Shown: positions 20,090 through 31,077, counted from the first letter of the stretch. The stretch: 64,000 nucleotides of DNA from an uncultured Acidobacteriaceae bacterium (GCA_963812865.1 CAWEWV010000011.1:354910-418909), one strand, 5' to 3'. Program-made: numbers and translations. Notes: generated by a model from the letters alone, not told the origin.

Positions 20090-21640
20090 TCAGTCGGCGG
20101 GCCAGGTTTCCGAAGTGAATGTGGAAGCGGGCAGGCCCGCGACGTTGAACAGGTTGTTGGGCACCACGCCCATCCACCCGTAGCGAACATAGACCGGGCG
20201 CGGCACCGCAGCCGCGGAGACGAGGACTGTCTCGCCGTCGATGCGAGCCTGCGCGGGAACGAAGTGACGGTCTTCGCCGGCGACCTCAAATGCATCGATG
20301 GGCTGACCACGCGCCGTCAGTCCATGAGCGTGATCGAACCAGACTCGAAGCGCGCTGCTCCCGTCGGGCTGCAATTCCGAGGTCGCCTGACGAAAGAGCG
20401 GCGAAGCCCACGGCACGTCTTCGCCATAAGTGATGTGCCGCGCAGCGAGCGCAAGCCGGTGGCCGACCGTCTGCTTGTCGGGCGGGTGAACGTTGTCCGG
20501 CGTGCCGATGTCGAGGGTGACGGCCATGGCGGTATTCGTCAGCTGCAGCGTACGGCGCTGCGCGTCGCGCACTTTGCCCCAGTCTTCGCCGGGTGAGTGG
20601 AAGCTGGAAATCTGCACGAAGAAGAAGGGCAGATTACCCTGCGCAAACTGCATCCGCCAGTCGCGGATCAGCGCTGAGAACAGCGTTGCGTAAAACGGCG
20701 CGCGGTCAAGCGCGGAGTTGGTTTCGCCCTGGTACCAAAGGAAGCCGCGCAGCGACATCGGCGTGAAGGGCGCGATCATGCCGTTGTAGAGGCCGGCCGG
20801 CAACCACGAGCTTTCGTCGGGATGCCAGGGATGCTGCGGCAGTGGCTTGCCTGCGGCGCGCGCCGCATCGTCCTCGGCCTTCTCGGCGGCGATTTGGGCC
20901 TTCAGATCTGTTTGCTCGTCGGCGAATCGCGCGCGGCTCGCGAACGCCGGCAGCAGGTCGGGATGATTGCCGAGGGTGTCCATCGACACCCAGGAATCGG
21001 CGGGCGTGCCGCCCCACGTGGAGTCGATGAGCCCGACGGGCACGTTTTCCTTCGCGGCGATCTCGCGGCCGAAGAAATAAGCAACGGCGGAAAAGGTCGC
21101 CGCGGTGGCCGGCGTGCAGACGGTCCAGGTGTCGGGCACATCGTTCATGGGAGAGTCCGCGCTCTTGTGGTCCACCAGCAACAGCCGCAATTTTGGATTC
21201 GTAGCGGCCGCGATTTCCCTCTCGCCATCTTTCAGGACAGCGTTGCCAGGAAAACCCTGCAGAGGCATCTCCATATTGGACTGGCCCGACGCGAACCAGA
21301 CATCGCCAACCAGCAAATCGGAAAGCGTGACGTCGGGACCGTCGCCGCTGAAGGTGAGCGTGTAGGGTCCGCCAGCCGTTTCGGGAGCAAGCCACAGGCT
21401 GAAGGCGCCGAGAGCGTCAGTCTGGGCGGGCACGGTTTGCGCGTGAAAGCGCGCGGTGAGGTGAGCACCGGGCGTGGCCCAACCCCAGAGATGGATGGGG
21501 CGATCGCGCTGCAGAACGGCGTGATCACTGAGCACATGCGGCAGACGCACATCGGCACGAAGAAGCCGACAAGGCAGGAGACACCAACAAAAAAGGAACG
21601 CGATACGCAGAGATTTCACGACGAACCTCGGGGCGCGCAC
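20090..21640 (-). CDS. sialate O-acetylesterase family (SASA/DUF303) carbohydrate esterase, secreted
   Basis: Signal peptide plus GDVWFASGQSNMEMPL and the later WGGTPADSW and LRGFLWYQGE motifs typical of this family. Confidence 0.8.
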   Translation of the reverse strand: MRAPRFVVKSLRIAFLFCWCLLPCRLLRADVRLPHVLSDHAVLQRDRPIHLWGWATPGAHLTARFHAQTVPAQTDALGAFSLWLAPETAGGPYTLTFSGDGPDVTLSDLLVGDVWFASGQSNMEMPLQGFPGNAVLKDGEREIAAATNPKLRLLLVDHKSADSPMNDVPDTWTVCTPATAATFSAVAYFFGREIAAKENVPVGLIDSTWGGTPADSWVSMDTLGNHPDLLPAFASRARFADEQTDLKAQIAAEKAEDDAARAAGKPLPQHPWHPDESSWLPAGLYNGMIAPFTPMSLRGFLWYQGETNSALDRAPFYATLFSALIRDWRMQFAQGNLPFFFVQISSFHSPGEDWGKVRDAQRRTLQLTNTAMAVTLDIGTPDNVHPPDKQTVGHRLALAARHITYGEDVPWASPLFRQATSELQPDGSSALRVWFDHAHGLTARGQPIDAFEVAGEDRHFVPAQARIDGETVLVSAAAVPRPVYVRYGWMGVVPNNLFNVAGLPASTFTSETWPAD

Positions 21641-21730
21641 AGGCAGCCGCGCACGAACACAAATTTTTTGCGTATCGAGTGTACAGGCGGAAGACGAGCC
21701 GCGAAGCGGAATCGATGATTGGAGCCGGCC

Positions 21731-22345
21731 CTACTGCCCGAGGAACCTGTAGCTCACGCCGAGGCTGAATCCGTTCGGTGTCAGACCGTCCTGGTGCTGA
21801 ATCAGTGCTCCGGAGCTGCTGTAGCTGGGCGGGCCGGCAAAGGAGGGCCAAATCTCATACTCATAGTCGCCGCGGAGGGAGATTCTATGTGTCAGACGAT
21901 ACTGAAGCGTTCCCCCTGGAACGTAGGCAAAGTAGCTGCCCTTCAGACTGCCAGGTTCCGGGTAGTTGGGGGTGGTGATCAGGCCGGCTCCGAACAGCAT
22001 CTTGACCCACGCATCGAGGCGACCATAACGGATCGCCCGGTAGCGGCCGCCGCCCAGGTAGTTGGACTCGATCTGCTTGTCTGGGCCGTTCCAGTGCAGC
22101 CAACGCGCCTCGCCTTCGACTCCCCACTTGGGGGCAACGTCGAGATCGAAAAGCGCGGTTGGGCCCACCAGTTGGTTGGGGCAGCCAAAGGGCTTGCTGC
22201 TCGAGCAGGAGAAGTCGGGATTGAAGGACGATATCTCGCCTCCGGCCCAAAAAGTCGAGTTTCCGCCGACCGTGGATTCCGGAGCCTGGGCGCGCATCGC
22301 CACAGGCGCTAACAGCAGAACAAAGATTCCAGCCCACTTGAGCAT
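21731..22345 (-). CDS. outer-membrane beta-barrel protein
   Basis: Signal peptide MLKWAGIFVLLLAPVAMRAQA, alternating amphipathic strands, and a C-terminal aromatic end (...GVSYRFLGQ). Confidence 0.6.
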   Translation of the reverse strand: MLKWAGIFVLLLAPVAMRAQAPESTVGGNSTFWAGGEISSFNPDFSCSSSKPFGCPNQLVGPTALFDLDVAPKWGVEGEARWLHWNGPDKQIESNYLGGGRYRAIRYGRLDAWVKMLFGAGLITTPNYPEPGSLKGSYFAYVPGGTLQYRLTHRISLRGDYEYEIWPSFAGPPSYSSSGALIQHQDGLTPNGFSLGVSYRFLGQ

Positions 22346-22523
22346 GCCGCAGCTCTCCTCTGATGTGGAGGTTCAACACCACCGGGGTTATTTCCTGGTT
22401 AAGAGGCGAATTCTCCCGCAAAGGATGTGCGGGTATCGTCCTGTTCGTTTCCGCAATTCGTCAGGTTGTCCCGGATCATAGAGAATTCGCGAGGCTTAGA
22501 TGGAGGGAAGGCCTCCGCGAGAC

Positions 22524-22599
22524 TGGAGCCGACGACCGGACTTGAACCGGTGACCTGCCGATTACGAATCGGCTGCTCTACCAACTGAGCTACGTCGGC
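22524..22599 (-). tRNA. tRNA-Thr (anticodon CGT), CCA encoded
   Basis: The reverse complement GCCGACGTAGCTCAGTTGGTAGAGCAGCCGATTCGTAATCGGCAGGTCACCGGTTCAAGTCCGGTCGTCGGCTCCA folds by hand into a 7/4/5/5 cloverleaf with anticodon loop TTCGTAA. Confidence 0.9.
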
Positions 22600-22702
22600 T
22601 TAGGAACGCCCGCAACAGGCAAGATCGGCGGGCTGAGGCTGACCTTGATTTTATCGTCACGGTCAGAGAGCGTAAAGCACCGCGAGGTCTATACTGCACC
22701 CG

Positions 22703-23332
22703 ATGCAAAACGATCCGGGAGCGGAGTGGCAACGGCTCACGCGCGTCTACCATGAGAAGAGCGATGAGGAACTGCTCGAGCTGGCCGAGGATTTTGGGAA
22801 TCTGACGGAAACTGCGCAGCAGGTGCTGCGGGATGAGATGAGGAAGCGAAGCCTGGCGGAACCGAAGCCAGCGCCGGTTGCTGATAGCAAGCGAAGCTTT
22901 GGCGAGTGGAACCCGGCCGCCGAGCAGGAATCGAATCTTTCAGCAGCCGCCGATTCCGCAGACGATGACGTCGCCTCCCGCGCTTATCTCTGCGAATGCG
23001 AAGACTCCGATCAGGTGAATCAGCTGGGCGAGGCGCTGCGTTGCGCGGGAATCGAGTCCTGGGCTGAGAACCTGCACGCACCCTTCGCAGACAGAGGATT
23101 GCAAACCTGTCGGATCTTTGTTCGCGCCGATCAACTTGCGATGGCGCGGGAAATCGCAGCGCGTCCGATTCCACAGGACATCAGGGACGAAACCACAGCG
23201 CCGGTTGGAGATTTTGATCCGCCGATATGTCCACGATGCGGTGCCGCGGATCCGTTGCTCGAGTCGATTGAGCCATCGAACGGGTGGGCCTGTGAGAACT
23301 GCGGCGCGCGATGGAGCGATCCTGTGGGGTAG
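22703..23332 (+). CDS. hypothetical protein with C-terminal CxxC...CxxC zinc ribbon
   Basis: 209-aa ORF ending in CPRCGAADP...CENCGARW. The middle region resembles small DUF2007-like domains, but that assignment is uncertain. Confidence 0.5.
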   Translation: MQNDPGAEWQRLTRVYHEKSDEELLELAEDFGNLTETAQQVLRDEMRKRSLAEPKPAPVADSKRSFGEWNPAAEQESNLSAAADSADDDVASRAYLCECEDSDQVNQLGEALRCAGIESWAENLHAPFADRGLQTCRIFVRADQLAMAREIAARPIPQDIRDETTAPVGDFDPPICPRCGAADPLLESIEPSNGWACENCGARWSDPVG

Positions 23333-23535
23333 GAAAACGAGGGACAAAATGCAGCGGAGACGGCCGGTTCCTAACGAGAAAAGGCCGCCCGGCAACAGGG
23401 CAGCCTTTCCTTCAGGGAGAATAGTTCCAACGGAGGCAAGCCATCAGAACTTTCTGGCGCAATACTATGGGCGCCTGGAAAGGGTGTCAAGGCAAAATCC
23501 AGGAAGATTGCAACTTGCTGAACAGTAATAAGTTA

Positions 23536-23556
23536 CAAAAAACGACCGCTGCGGTC
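23536..23556 (-). terminator. weak candidate intrinsic terminator downstream of the 23704..24741 gene
   Basis: On the minus strand, GACCG-CAG-CGGTC is followed by GTTTTTTG. The stem is only 5 bp. Confidence 0.3.
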
Positions 23557-23703
23557 CGAGGGGTGCTGGGGAGATCGCATTTTCCCCTTTATGTTCGCTC
23601 AGACAAGCCTCTCGCGAAAAATAATCCCTTTCGATTCTGGAAAATAGGTTCGGTTCCAAAGGGCTCTCAGGGTCCTCGGCCGGTTCGCAGCCGCCGCGGC
23701 GGT

Positions 23704-24741
23704 CTACCGGCTCAGGTGCAGGGAGATGAATTCCTCCTCGGTGACCGCGGAGACTGGCTTACCCCGGAGAATGCGAATCAGTGCGCGCCCACCGCCGAGG
23801 AAAAATCCGAGGAGAAGAGCGGCGCACACCAGGATGACGACCATCATCGTGATGCCCATCAGCAGGCGATAGAGTTTCGCGGTTTCCGGAACGTAGCCTT
23901 CGGGATGATTGATGGTGACGTAGTCGTTGAAGTGAACGCCGCTGAGGAGTTGCTGTGCTTTTTGCAACGAGGAGCTGCCGCTGACGACAGCGACCAGCGG
24001 TCCGGAGCGCTTCGTCGTGAAGCCCGACGATTTTGCGAGCGCATCGAGTGCTTTGAGATGAGCGCCGGCGATCTGCGGCGTTGGATAAAGCAACAAGGTC
24101 AGAGTTCCCTGCGGGCCATACTGCGCGGTGACGACTTCAGTGTCCTGGCTGAAGTCGATCGCGGCAACGGGCAGCAATCTGCTGATGCGCGCGTAGGCGG
24201 CGGGGCCGATAGCGTATTTCACGCTCGATGCATCGAGCAGCGCAGTGGGCAGATAGTGCGGAAGTGAGGGCGGAATCCCAGCGGCGCCGCCGGCCCTGGG
24301 GATCTGCGCGGCCAGTGCATTCAGTGCGGCTTTTTCATCGGTGGAGGGATGCGCGAAGGTCGCATCGACGACCGTGGTACCGGTCCAGAACAGGTGGTGA
24401 TCGGCAGAGGAGGCGCCATCGTGGCCGATCGCCTCAACATGCATGCCGGGTTGCCGGAAGAAGGTGAAGGCTCCGTAGGCGCCGGTAGCATCGGCGAAGT
24501 GGTAGGCGCGAACAGAGAGGCGTTGTGCGCCAGCCGAGTAGGTGGCGCCTGTGGATTGTGCGAGGCCGTATTCCTGCAGGACAGCGGCGTCAGAGGAGTC
24601 GGCGTTGCCGGACGCTGCGGCGGTTTCGGTCCAGCCGTCGAAGGATTGCGGAAGCACGGGGGCGGCGGGCAGCGCCGGCGCGGCGAAGGCCAGCGCAGAG
24701 GTGAAGAAGACGGAACAGCTGAGAATTCTGGCGAGGGGCAT
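23704..24741 (-). CDS. exported hypothetical protein with a C-terminal membrane anchor
   Basis: Signal peptide MPLARILSCSVFFTSALAFAAPA and a C-terminal TM helix LLMGITMMVVILVCAALLLGFFLGG. Confidence 0.55.
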   Translation of the reverse strand: MPLARILSCSVFFTSALAFAAPALPAAPVLPQSFDGWTETAAASGNADSSDAAVLQEYGLAQSTGATYSAGAQRLSVRAYHFADATGAYGAFTFFRQPGMHVEAIGHDGASSADHHLFWTGTTVVDATFAHPSTDEKAALNALAAQIPRAGGAAGIPPSLPHYLPTALLDASSVKYAIGPAAYARISRLLPVAAIDFSQDTEVVTAQYGPQGTLTLLLYPTPQIAGAHLKALDALAKSSGFTTKRSGPLVAVVSGSSSLQKAQQLLSGVHFNDYVTINHPEGYVPETAKLYRLLMGITMMVVILVCAALLLGFFLGGGRALIRILRGKPVSAVTEEEFISLHLSR

Positions 24742-24829
24742 TTATCGACGTCCAGGGCGTCGCTCTCTATCGATGATAGTTGGACTGACACCGCCTCCGA
24801 AAGAAAGGTTTCCGGCGGGAAGGTTTGTT

Positions 24830-27205
24830 CTATTCGGTCGTGGAGGGGTGCGACGGGGCCTGGGCGACGCGCATGCCGTTCAGGCTGGAGACGTAGCGGG
24901 AGACGCCGCGGTAGAGGGACTCGGCAATGCGCTGGCGGTATTGCGGGTCGCGCAGCTCCGCCGCATCGTCGGGATTGGTGAGGAAGGAGATTTCGGCGAG
25001 GATCGATGGCATGTTGGCTCCGATGAGGACGACAAAGGGAGCTTTCTTGACGCCGCGGTCTTTGAGGCCGGGATTGCCCTGATCGAGGCCGGCGTAGAGG
25101 CTTTGATCGACGTCGGAGGCGAACGCGCGCGACTCGTTGATCTTGTCCTGCAACGCGATCTTCTTCACCAGATCGGAGAGCTGGTGGATGGATTGATCGG
25201 AGGAGGCATTTTCACGAGCGGCGACCTCGAGGGCATCGGCGGAGGAGGTGAAGTTGAGGTAGTAGACTTCGACGCCGCGCGCGCTGGTGTCGACGCTGGA
25301 GTTGGCGTGGATGGAGATGAAGAGATCGGCCTGCGCCTGATTGGCAATGGCGGTGCGGGTCTCGAGCGGGATAAAGGTGTCGTCGCTGCGGGTGTAGATG
25401 ACGTCGGCGCCGAGGCGCTGCTTGAGGAGGCGACCGAGGCGGAGGGCGACATCGAGCACGACGTCTTTCTCTTCGAGCCCGCCAGGGCCGAGGGTGCCGG
25501 AGTCGTGCCCGCCATGGCCGGCGTCAATCACGATGCGGTTGATCTTCAGGCCGAGAGCACGAACCATCGAATTGGGAACGTGCTGCCCGGTGGGCGCAGG
25601 TTCGGGCGCGGGGATGCCGGGAGCGCCGGCCTCCGCCGGTGGCACGTCATCGGTGGAGCGCGTGGGTGTGGGTTTTGCGGATCGCGTTGTGGTGCGCGAT
25701 GGAGTGTAGGGAGTCAATCCAGGAACCGAAGCCACGACGGGCGCTGTGGTGGGATGGCGCTTGGCGCGGACCTGATCGGGTTGCGTGCTGAGTTTCGGCA
25801 CATCGGTGAGCGCGGCGCCACTGTCCGTGTCGGCGGGAGGAACCGGGCGCAGAGTCGCGCTTGCACTGGGGCGAGGAGCCGGCAAGGTTCGCTCGGACAC
25901 TGATGGAACCGGATTTACCAGCGGCGCAGCGCCGGCGATCTGACGCGGAGGAACAGGATTCGGATTGCCGTGCACGTCGATGATCAGGCGTGGTGGATTT
26001 TGCAGGAAGAAGGCGGAGTAGTCGGTGAGGTTGTTGACGTCGAGCACGATGCGCGTGGTGCTGGCTGAGGTTTGCGCGGCACGGACGCGGGTGAGAAAGC
26101 CGTCGGCGACTTCGACGGGGCGTCCGGAAAGCTCGGGCGAGAGCCGCGTTCCAATCAGGTCGAAGAAGATGCGGTCAGGATTGGAAACGCGCGCCGCCTG
26201 GTAGCGGACCTCCTGCTGCAGGTCGATAGCGACACGGGTGTAGCTCTGCGTGGACCAGTGGCGGATGCCGGTGATCAGAGGCAACTGATTGCGGCGCGGC
26301 GGTGGTGGCGCGTTCATCGTGCGCGCGTCATCGGTGTCGGCCGCCGGCTCTTCGACGAGGCCTGCGCTTGCCCCATCCGCGGAGGATTGAGAGGGGATGT
26401 TGCTCTCGTCGATCGCCGGCGCAGGAGTGATGGGGGCCTGGTTCCTGGGCCTTGCGGCCGGAACCGGCGCGGACGCTTGCGGCTGGGATGACTTTGCAAC
26501 CGTGGAATTGCGCCAGGTATCCGAGCGCGAGCTTTGGCGGGCCGGCAATCCCCTCGCGCCGGCATTCTCGTCGCGGCGGATGTTCTTCAGCTCGGCACGA
26601 GCCTCAACGCCCAGCGGGCTCTGCGGATAGAGGCGAAGAAAATCCTGGTAGGCGGCTTTCGCCTGCGGCAGATCGCCGAGGTCCCGCTGGTAGATTTCGC
26701 CCTCGGTCAGCAGCGCGCTGATGCGGTAGCGGCTACCGGGATACTGATGGCGGAGAAATTCGTACTGGCCGATCGCGTCGTGGAGTGCCTTGTCGTCCTG
26801 AAAGACCCGGCCCTCCTCGGCAAGCAGATCGGCGACCGCCGCAATGGAAGCGTCGGCTTTGGGTGAGCCGGGATCGCCGTGGTAGATCGCGCGATAGGCG
26901 TCGAGGACGCGGTCGTACTGCAGGCGCGTGCGCTGCTGCTCCGGCCGCCCCTCCAGGGCTTCGCGTAAACGCTCTGCGTGCCCGAAGGCAGAACTCCGCG
27001 CGGCAGTATATTGCGCAGCGGCGAGGGCCGTGGGTGGCAAGCCCGCGAAGGAAAGAAGGGCGAAACAGAGAACGCAGGCGCACGCCGCATTCGCCTCGGG
27101 GGACAGCATCGGGGATCGGACAGCGCGCTGCATAGGCGGCCGGGTCGGCCGAGTTCCACCGGCCTGCTTTCCACACGGGGGAGAGAGCGACTCTGCCGAA
27201 GACAC
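24830..27205 (-). CDS. N-acetylmuramoyl-L-alanine amidase (Amidase_3) with TPR-like and AMIN-like N-terminal regions and a long Pro-rich linker
   Basis: C-terminal IVIDAGHGGHDSG...ADLFISIHANSS...FVVLIGANMPSILAEISFLTNP. The N-terminus has a YbgF/TPR-like segment. The true start may be an internal Met (MQRAV... or MLSPE...). Confidence 0.85.
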   Translation of the reverse strand: MSSAESLSPPCGKQAGGTRPTRPPMQRAVRSPMLSPEANAACACVLCFALLSFAGLPPTALAAAQYTAARSSAFGHAERLREALEGRPEQQRTRLQYDRVLDAYRAIYHGDPGSPKADASIAAVADLLAEEGRVFQDDKALHDAIGQYEFLRHQYPGSRYRISALLTEGEIYQRDLGDLPQAKAAYQDFLRLYPQSPLGVEARAELKNIRRDENAGARGLPARQSSRSDTWRNSTVAKSSQPQASAPVPAARPRNQAPITPAPAIDESNIPSQSSADGASAGLVEEPAADTDDARTMNAPPPPRRNQLPLITGIRHWSTQSYTRVAIDLQQEVRYQAARVSNPDRIFFDLIGTRLSPELSGRPVEVADGFLTRVRAAQTSASTTRIVLDVNNLTDYSAFFLQNPPRLIIDVHGNPNPVPPRQIAGAAPLVNPVPSVSERTLPAPRPSASATLRPVPPADTDSGAALTDVPKLSTQPDQVRAKRHPTTAPVVASVPGLTPYTPSRTTTRSAKPTPTRSTDDVPPAEAGAPGIPAPEPAPTGQHVPNSMVRALGLKINRIVIDAGHGGHDSGTLGPGGLEEKDVVLDVALRLGRLLKQRLGADVIYTRSDDTFIPLETRTAIANQAQADLFISIHANSSVDTSARGVEVYYLNFTSSADALEVAARENASSDQSIHQLSDLVKKIALQDKINESRAFASDVDQSLYAGLDQGNPGLKDRGVKKAPFVVLIGANMPSILAEISFLTNPDDAAELRDPQYRQRIAESLYRGVSRYVSSLNGMRVAQAPSHPSTTE

Positions 27206-27405
27206 TCTCGATTATAGGTGCGGGACAAATACGGAGTCGCGCATCGATGGACCGGTCACTCGACCGAACCCGGATCGTAACGCGTGGTTGCGGGGATTAC
27301 GCGTCCCGCCGGACCCCTTCGCACGGCGACTGCAAAGGATGGACGGAGCGCGGGTCGTGTCTCAGGTTGAATTTCTAAGCGCAGTCCGCCGGGCGAGTCG
27401 CGCGA

Positions 27406-27939
27406 TTAAGCAGGAACGTACGTCAACCGAATCAGGTCATCGGCGATTAAATCGCTGGACACCAGGTGGAGCGGGGGCCGGGGGCCCGCGAAGAATGGCT
27501 GACCACCACCAAACACGACGGGGCGGAAGTAGAGTCGATACTCATCGATCAGACCGGCCTCGGTCAGGCTTTGCGCCAGGACGGGTCCGGCAACGTGAAT
27601 CTCGCCAGCCAGCTCGGCCTTCAGCCCGCGTATCCCCTTCTCGAAGTCATCCGCGACCAGCGTCGCGTTGGGGCCAAGGGGCTTGAGGGAGCGCGACACG
27701 ACCCACTTCGGCTGGCTCCGCCACACCTCCGCGAACTCGTGATCCTCCGCGTCCCAGTCAGGAAGATCTTCGTCCCAGTAACGCATGATCTCGTACGTGC
27801 GGCGACCGTAAATGAGGCCCGTCGCGCCGCGCACCAACCCGATGAAGTGACGGAAGGCCGCGGGTGCAGGCGGCCCAAGCTTCATGTGGTCGACGTAGCC
27901 ATCAAGGGACTGGCTCATTCCGTAGACAAGTTTTGCCAC
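27406..27939 (-). CDS. dihydrofolate reductase family protein (RibD C-terminal-like)
   Basis: VAKLVYGMSQSLDGYVD...IHVAGPVLAQSLTEAGLIDEYRLYFRPVVFGGG. A GTG at 27939 is preceded by GGGAGGGAG. The rest of ORF 27406..29028 is an antisense run-on. Confidence 0.75.
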   Translation of the reverse strand: MAKLVYGMSQSLDGYVDHMKLGPPAPAAFRHFIGLVRGATGLIYGRRTYEIMRYWDEDLPDWDAEDHEFAEVWRSQPKWVVSRSLKPLGPNATLVADDFEKGIRGLKAELAGEIHVAGPVLAQSLTEAGLIDEYRLYFRPVVFGGGQPFFAGPRPPLHLVSSDLIADDLIRLTYVPA

Positions 27940-28149
27940 GCGGTCAATCTCCCTCCCACGTTCTTCAGAATAGCGTGAACCAGCGTCACGCTGAGGTGAG
28001 GCTGAACACTCCCTTTGCGCCCCATCGTCGATGGGACCAGTAACCACAGGTACCCTTCCCCATCCCGAGATGCAAACTGCGACACGACGTGGGCGCGCGT
28101 TATCTTGCGCTGGCGCGGTGCTATCTGAAACACTGACCCTGCTTTCCTT

Positions 28150-28431
28150 ATGGTTCGCCACTACCTTGTGAAAGGCCGCGTGCAGGGCGTGGGGTTCCGC
28201 TGGTTTGTCCACCGCGAAGCCGCCACTCTGGAGCTGAACGGCTGGGTGCGCAATACAGAAGACGGCCACGTGGAAGTTCTGGCCGCTGGAGACGCGGAGT
28301 CGCTGGCGGATCTGGCTCGGATGCTGCGCAAAGGATCGCGGGGCAGCCGGGTGGATGCGGTGATTGAACACGAACTGGATGCGAAGGAAGCCGAAAGCCT
28401 CGGTCCGTTTCGCATTGAAGGAGCCTGGTAG
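28150..28431 (+). CDS. acyP: acylphosphatase
   Basis: VKGRVQGVGFRWFV...GWVRNTEDGHVEV signature, 93 aa. Confidence 0.9.
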   Translation: MVRHYLVKGRVQGVGFRWFVHREAATLELNGWVRNTEDGHVEVLAAGDAESLADLARMLRKGSRGSRVDAVIEHELDAKEAESLGPFRIEGAW

Positions 28432-28437
28432 AGAGTT

Positions 28438-28980
28438 ATGACCCCTTGTGCCACCGATTGCGAGCCGTTGAAGGCGCTGGTCCGGACGGTTCCGGATTTC
28501 CCCAAGCCAGGGATCTTGTTCTACGACATCACGACCCTGCTGAAGGATCCGAAGGGATTCGCGACGCTGATCGATGCGCTGGCGCAGTACTACATCGATA
28601 AGGAAATCGATCTGGTGCTGGGGATCGAGGCGCGCGGATTTATTTTCGGGCCGGCGCTGGCGTATCGGCTCAACGCGGGGTTCGTGCCGGTGCGCAAGCC
28701 GAAAAAGCTCCCCGGACCGACGGCGCGCGTGACCTACGACCTCGAATATGGATCGGACACGCTGGAGATTCACCTCGGCGCGATTGAGCCGGGGCAGCGC
28801 GTGGTGCTGGTCGACGATCTGCTGGCGACCGGCGGCACCATGGAAGCGACCATCAAGCTGGTCCGTCAGCTCGGCGGCGAAATCGCCGGCCTGGGCTTCG
28901 CGATCGAGCTGGATTTTCTGAAGGGCCGCGACCGGTTTAAGGAGTACGACGTGTTTAGTCTGCTCCACTACGACGAGTAG
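28438..28980 (+). CDS. apt: adenine phosphoribosyltransferase
   Basis: [15 protein letters not shown]...[10 protein letters not shown]...[17 protein letters not shown]-binding motif. Confidence 0.95.
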   Translation: MTPCATDCEPLKALVRTVPDFPKPGILFYDITTLLKDPKGFATLIDALAQYYIDKEIDLVLGIEARGFIFGPALAYRLNAGFVPVRKPKKLPGPTARVTYDLEYGSDTLEIHLGAIEPGQRVVLVDDLLATGGTMEATIKLVRQLGGEIAGLGFAIELDFLKGRDRFKEYDVFSLLHYDE

Positions 28981-29226
28981 GCGCGTTCGTCCACAGCGTG
29001 CTGGTGCCATGATGAACAGGAGAACCAAACACCGACGGGCAAGGAAGAGAGCTCTTGCCCGGCTGAAACGTGGCTTTGATCTCCAGTGTAAGCCGCGCCC
29101 CCGGGATGAGTTGCATCAGCGCTAAGGCCGCGACATTTACCGAAACTCAAACACCTGCCACCAAACCCAGGGTTGGCATGGGCCGCTGCGCTTATACTGC
29201 GTCTTGCTTTTCTGAGGAGGGGTGCG

Positions 29227-31076
29227 ATGCGGCGTAGGGAGTTCGTCAAGCTGGTGGCAGCAGCAGCGGCGGGCACGGCAGTGGGTCCGGCCGCAAGTGC
29301 GGCGGAGGCGCCTGCGCAGGAGCTGGCTGCGCCAAAACCAGAGACGATGGCGCCGGCCTCCGCCGATGCCGCCGGTTTCGGCGCGGTCACGCAGAGCTAT
29401 GCCGAGTACTGCAATACGCCCGCGAGGGAGCGCGTCTTCTATGCGCTCGAAGGCGGCAAAATCATCAGCGAAAAACTCGACGAGGCGACGTGGAAGCCGA
29501 CAGGATGGATTCAGCCGCCGGATCTGCCCATCCCCGGAGGTTCGTGGGATGGCGTGCCGATGGATTCGCCGATCCCCAATCTCGCCGGCACGGGGCCCTT
29601 CAAGCCCACATGGGATTCGCTGCTCCACTACGAGGCGCCGGAGTGGTATCGCGACGCGAAGTTCGGCATCTGGGCGCACTGGAGTCCGCAATGTGTGCCC
29701 GAAGCCGGCGACTGGTACGCGCGCAACATGTATATCGAAGGCGAACGCCAGTACAAATACCAACTCGACCACTACGGTCCGCAGTCGCGCTTCGGCTTCA
29801 TGGATATTGCCGCGCAGTGGACGCTGCTGAACTGGGAGCCGGAGGAGCTGATCGCGCGCTACAAGAAGGCCGGCGCGAAAATTTTCGTCACACTCGCGAA
29901 TCATCATGACGGGATGGATTGCTGGAACTCGCAGCACCAGCCGTGGAACGCGGTGAACGTCGGGCCGCATCGCGACGTGGTGGGCACATGGGCGAAGGCG
30001 GCGCGCGACGCAGGCCTGCGCCTGGGTGTGACAGTGCATCAGGCGCGGAACTGGTGGTGGTTCCAAACGTCGCACGGCGCCGACACGAAAGGCCAGTTCG
30101 CCGGAGTTCCCTACGACGGCGCCAGGACGCTCGCAGATGGCAAGGGCCGCTGGTGGGAGGGATACGACCCGCAGCGCGTGTATGCGCCGAAGCATCCCTA
30201 CAACGCGCTGCCGGATGCGTCGTTCGTGAAGAATTTCTACGACCGCACGCAAGGACCTGATCGATCAGCACGATCCTGACCTGCTCTACTTCGACAATCC
30301 GCGTTTCCCGCTGGGCTGGGCGGGGATGAACATCGGCGCCTACTACTACAACCGCATCCATGCGCGCGCATGGCGGCACGGTGCAGGGCGTGATCACCAT
30401 CAAGGAAGTGCCCGACCCATGGGTCAAGGCCGCGGTGGTCGACTCCGAGCGCGGGCTCACGAACAAAATTATGGAGTACGCATGGCAGTCGGAGACGTGC
30501 CTCGGCGACTGGCACTACGATCGCGCCCTCTACAACAAGCCGGGTGAATACGGCGGCTATCTGCCACCGCGCGACGTCATCCACTGGCTCATCGACACCG
30601 TCAGCAAGAACGGGACGTTCATCCTCAACGTGCCGGGGAAGCCGGACGGGACGATCGACGCGAAGGAAATGACGATTGTCGACCGGATCACGGACTGGAT
30701 GAGCGTGAACGGCGAGGCCATCTACGAGACGCGGCCGTGGAAGGTCTATGGCGAAGGGCCGAATGCCATCAAGGCGGGATCGTTCCAGGGGAACAGCGTG
30801 AGCGCGCTCAGCGAGAAGGATATTCGCTTCACGCGGAGCAAGGATTCAAAGACGGTCTACGCGATTGCGCTGGGCTGGCCGGCGGGTGAGTTTGTGATCG
30901 CATCGCTGGGAACGGCGAGTACGACGGCGCCGGGGAAGATTCTTCGTGTGGAACTGCTGGGGACCGGCGAGAAGCCGCGCTGGCGACAGGCCGCGGAAGG
31001 ATTGCGCGTGACACTGCCATCGCAGTACAAGCCCGCGGTGGACTATGCGGCGGCGTTGAAGGTGACGCTGGCTTGA
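29227..31076 (+). pseudogene. alpha-L-fucosidase (GH29) with TAT signal, interrupted by two frameshifts (about 30249-30252 and 30355-30372)
   Basis: MRRREFVKLVAAAAAGTAV TAT-like signal. GH29 core FGIWAHWSPQCVPE...KKAGAKIFVTLANHHDGMDCWNS in frame 1, DLIDQHDPDLLYFDNPRFPLGWAGMNIGAYYYN in frame 2, and HGGTVQGVITIKEV...ETCLGDWHY... in frame 3. Confidence 0.8.
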
Positions 31077-31077
31077 G

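Noticed and set aside
23340-23700. AT-richer convergent spacer with a 64-aa minus ORF (23465..23659)
   Set aside because: It has no SD, no recognisable motif and odd composition. It is probably just a 3' UTR and terminator region for the two convergent genes.
27940-29028. Upstream 360 or so codons of the 540-aa ORF 27406..29028
   Set aside because: Only the last 177 codons (from the GTG at 27939, with a strong SD) look like a DHFR-family protein. The remainder is antisense to acyP and apt, which have unmistakable signatures.
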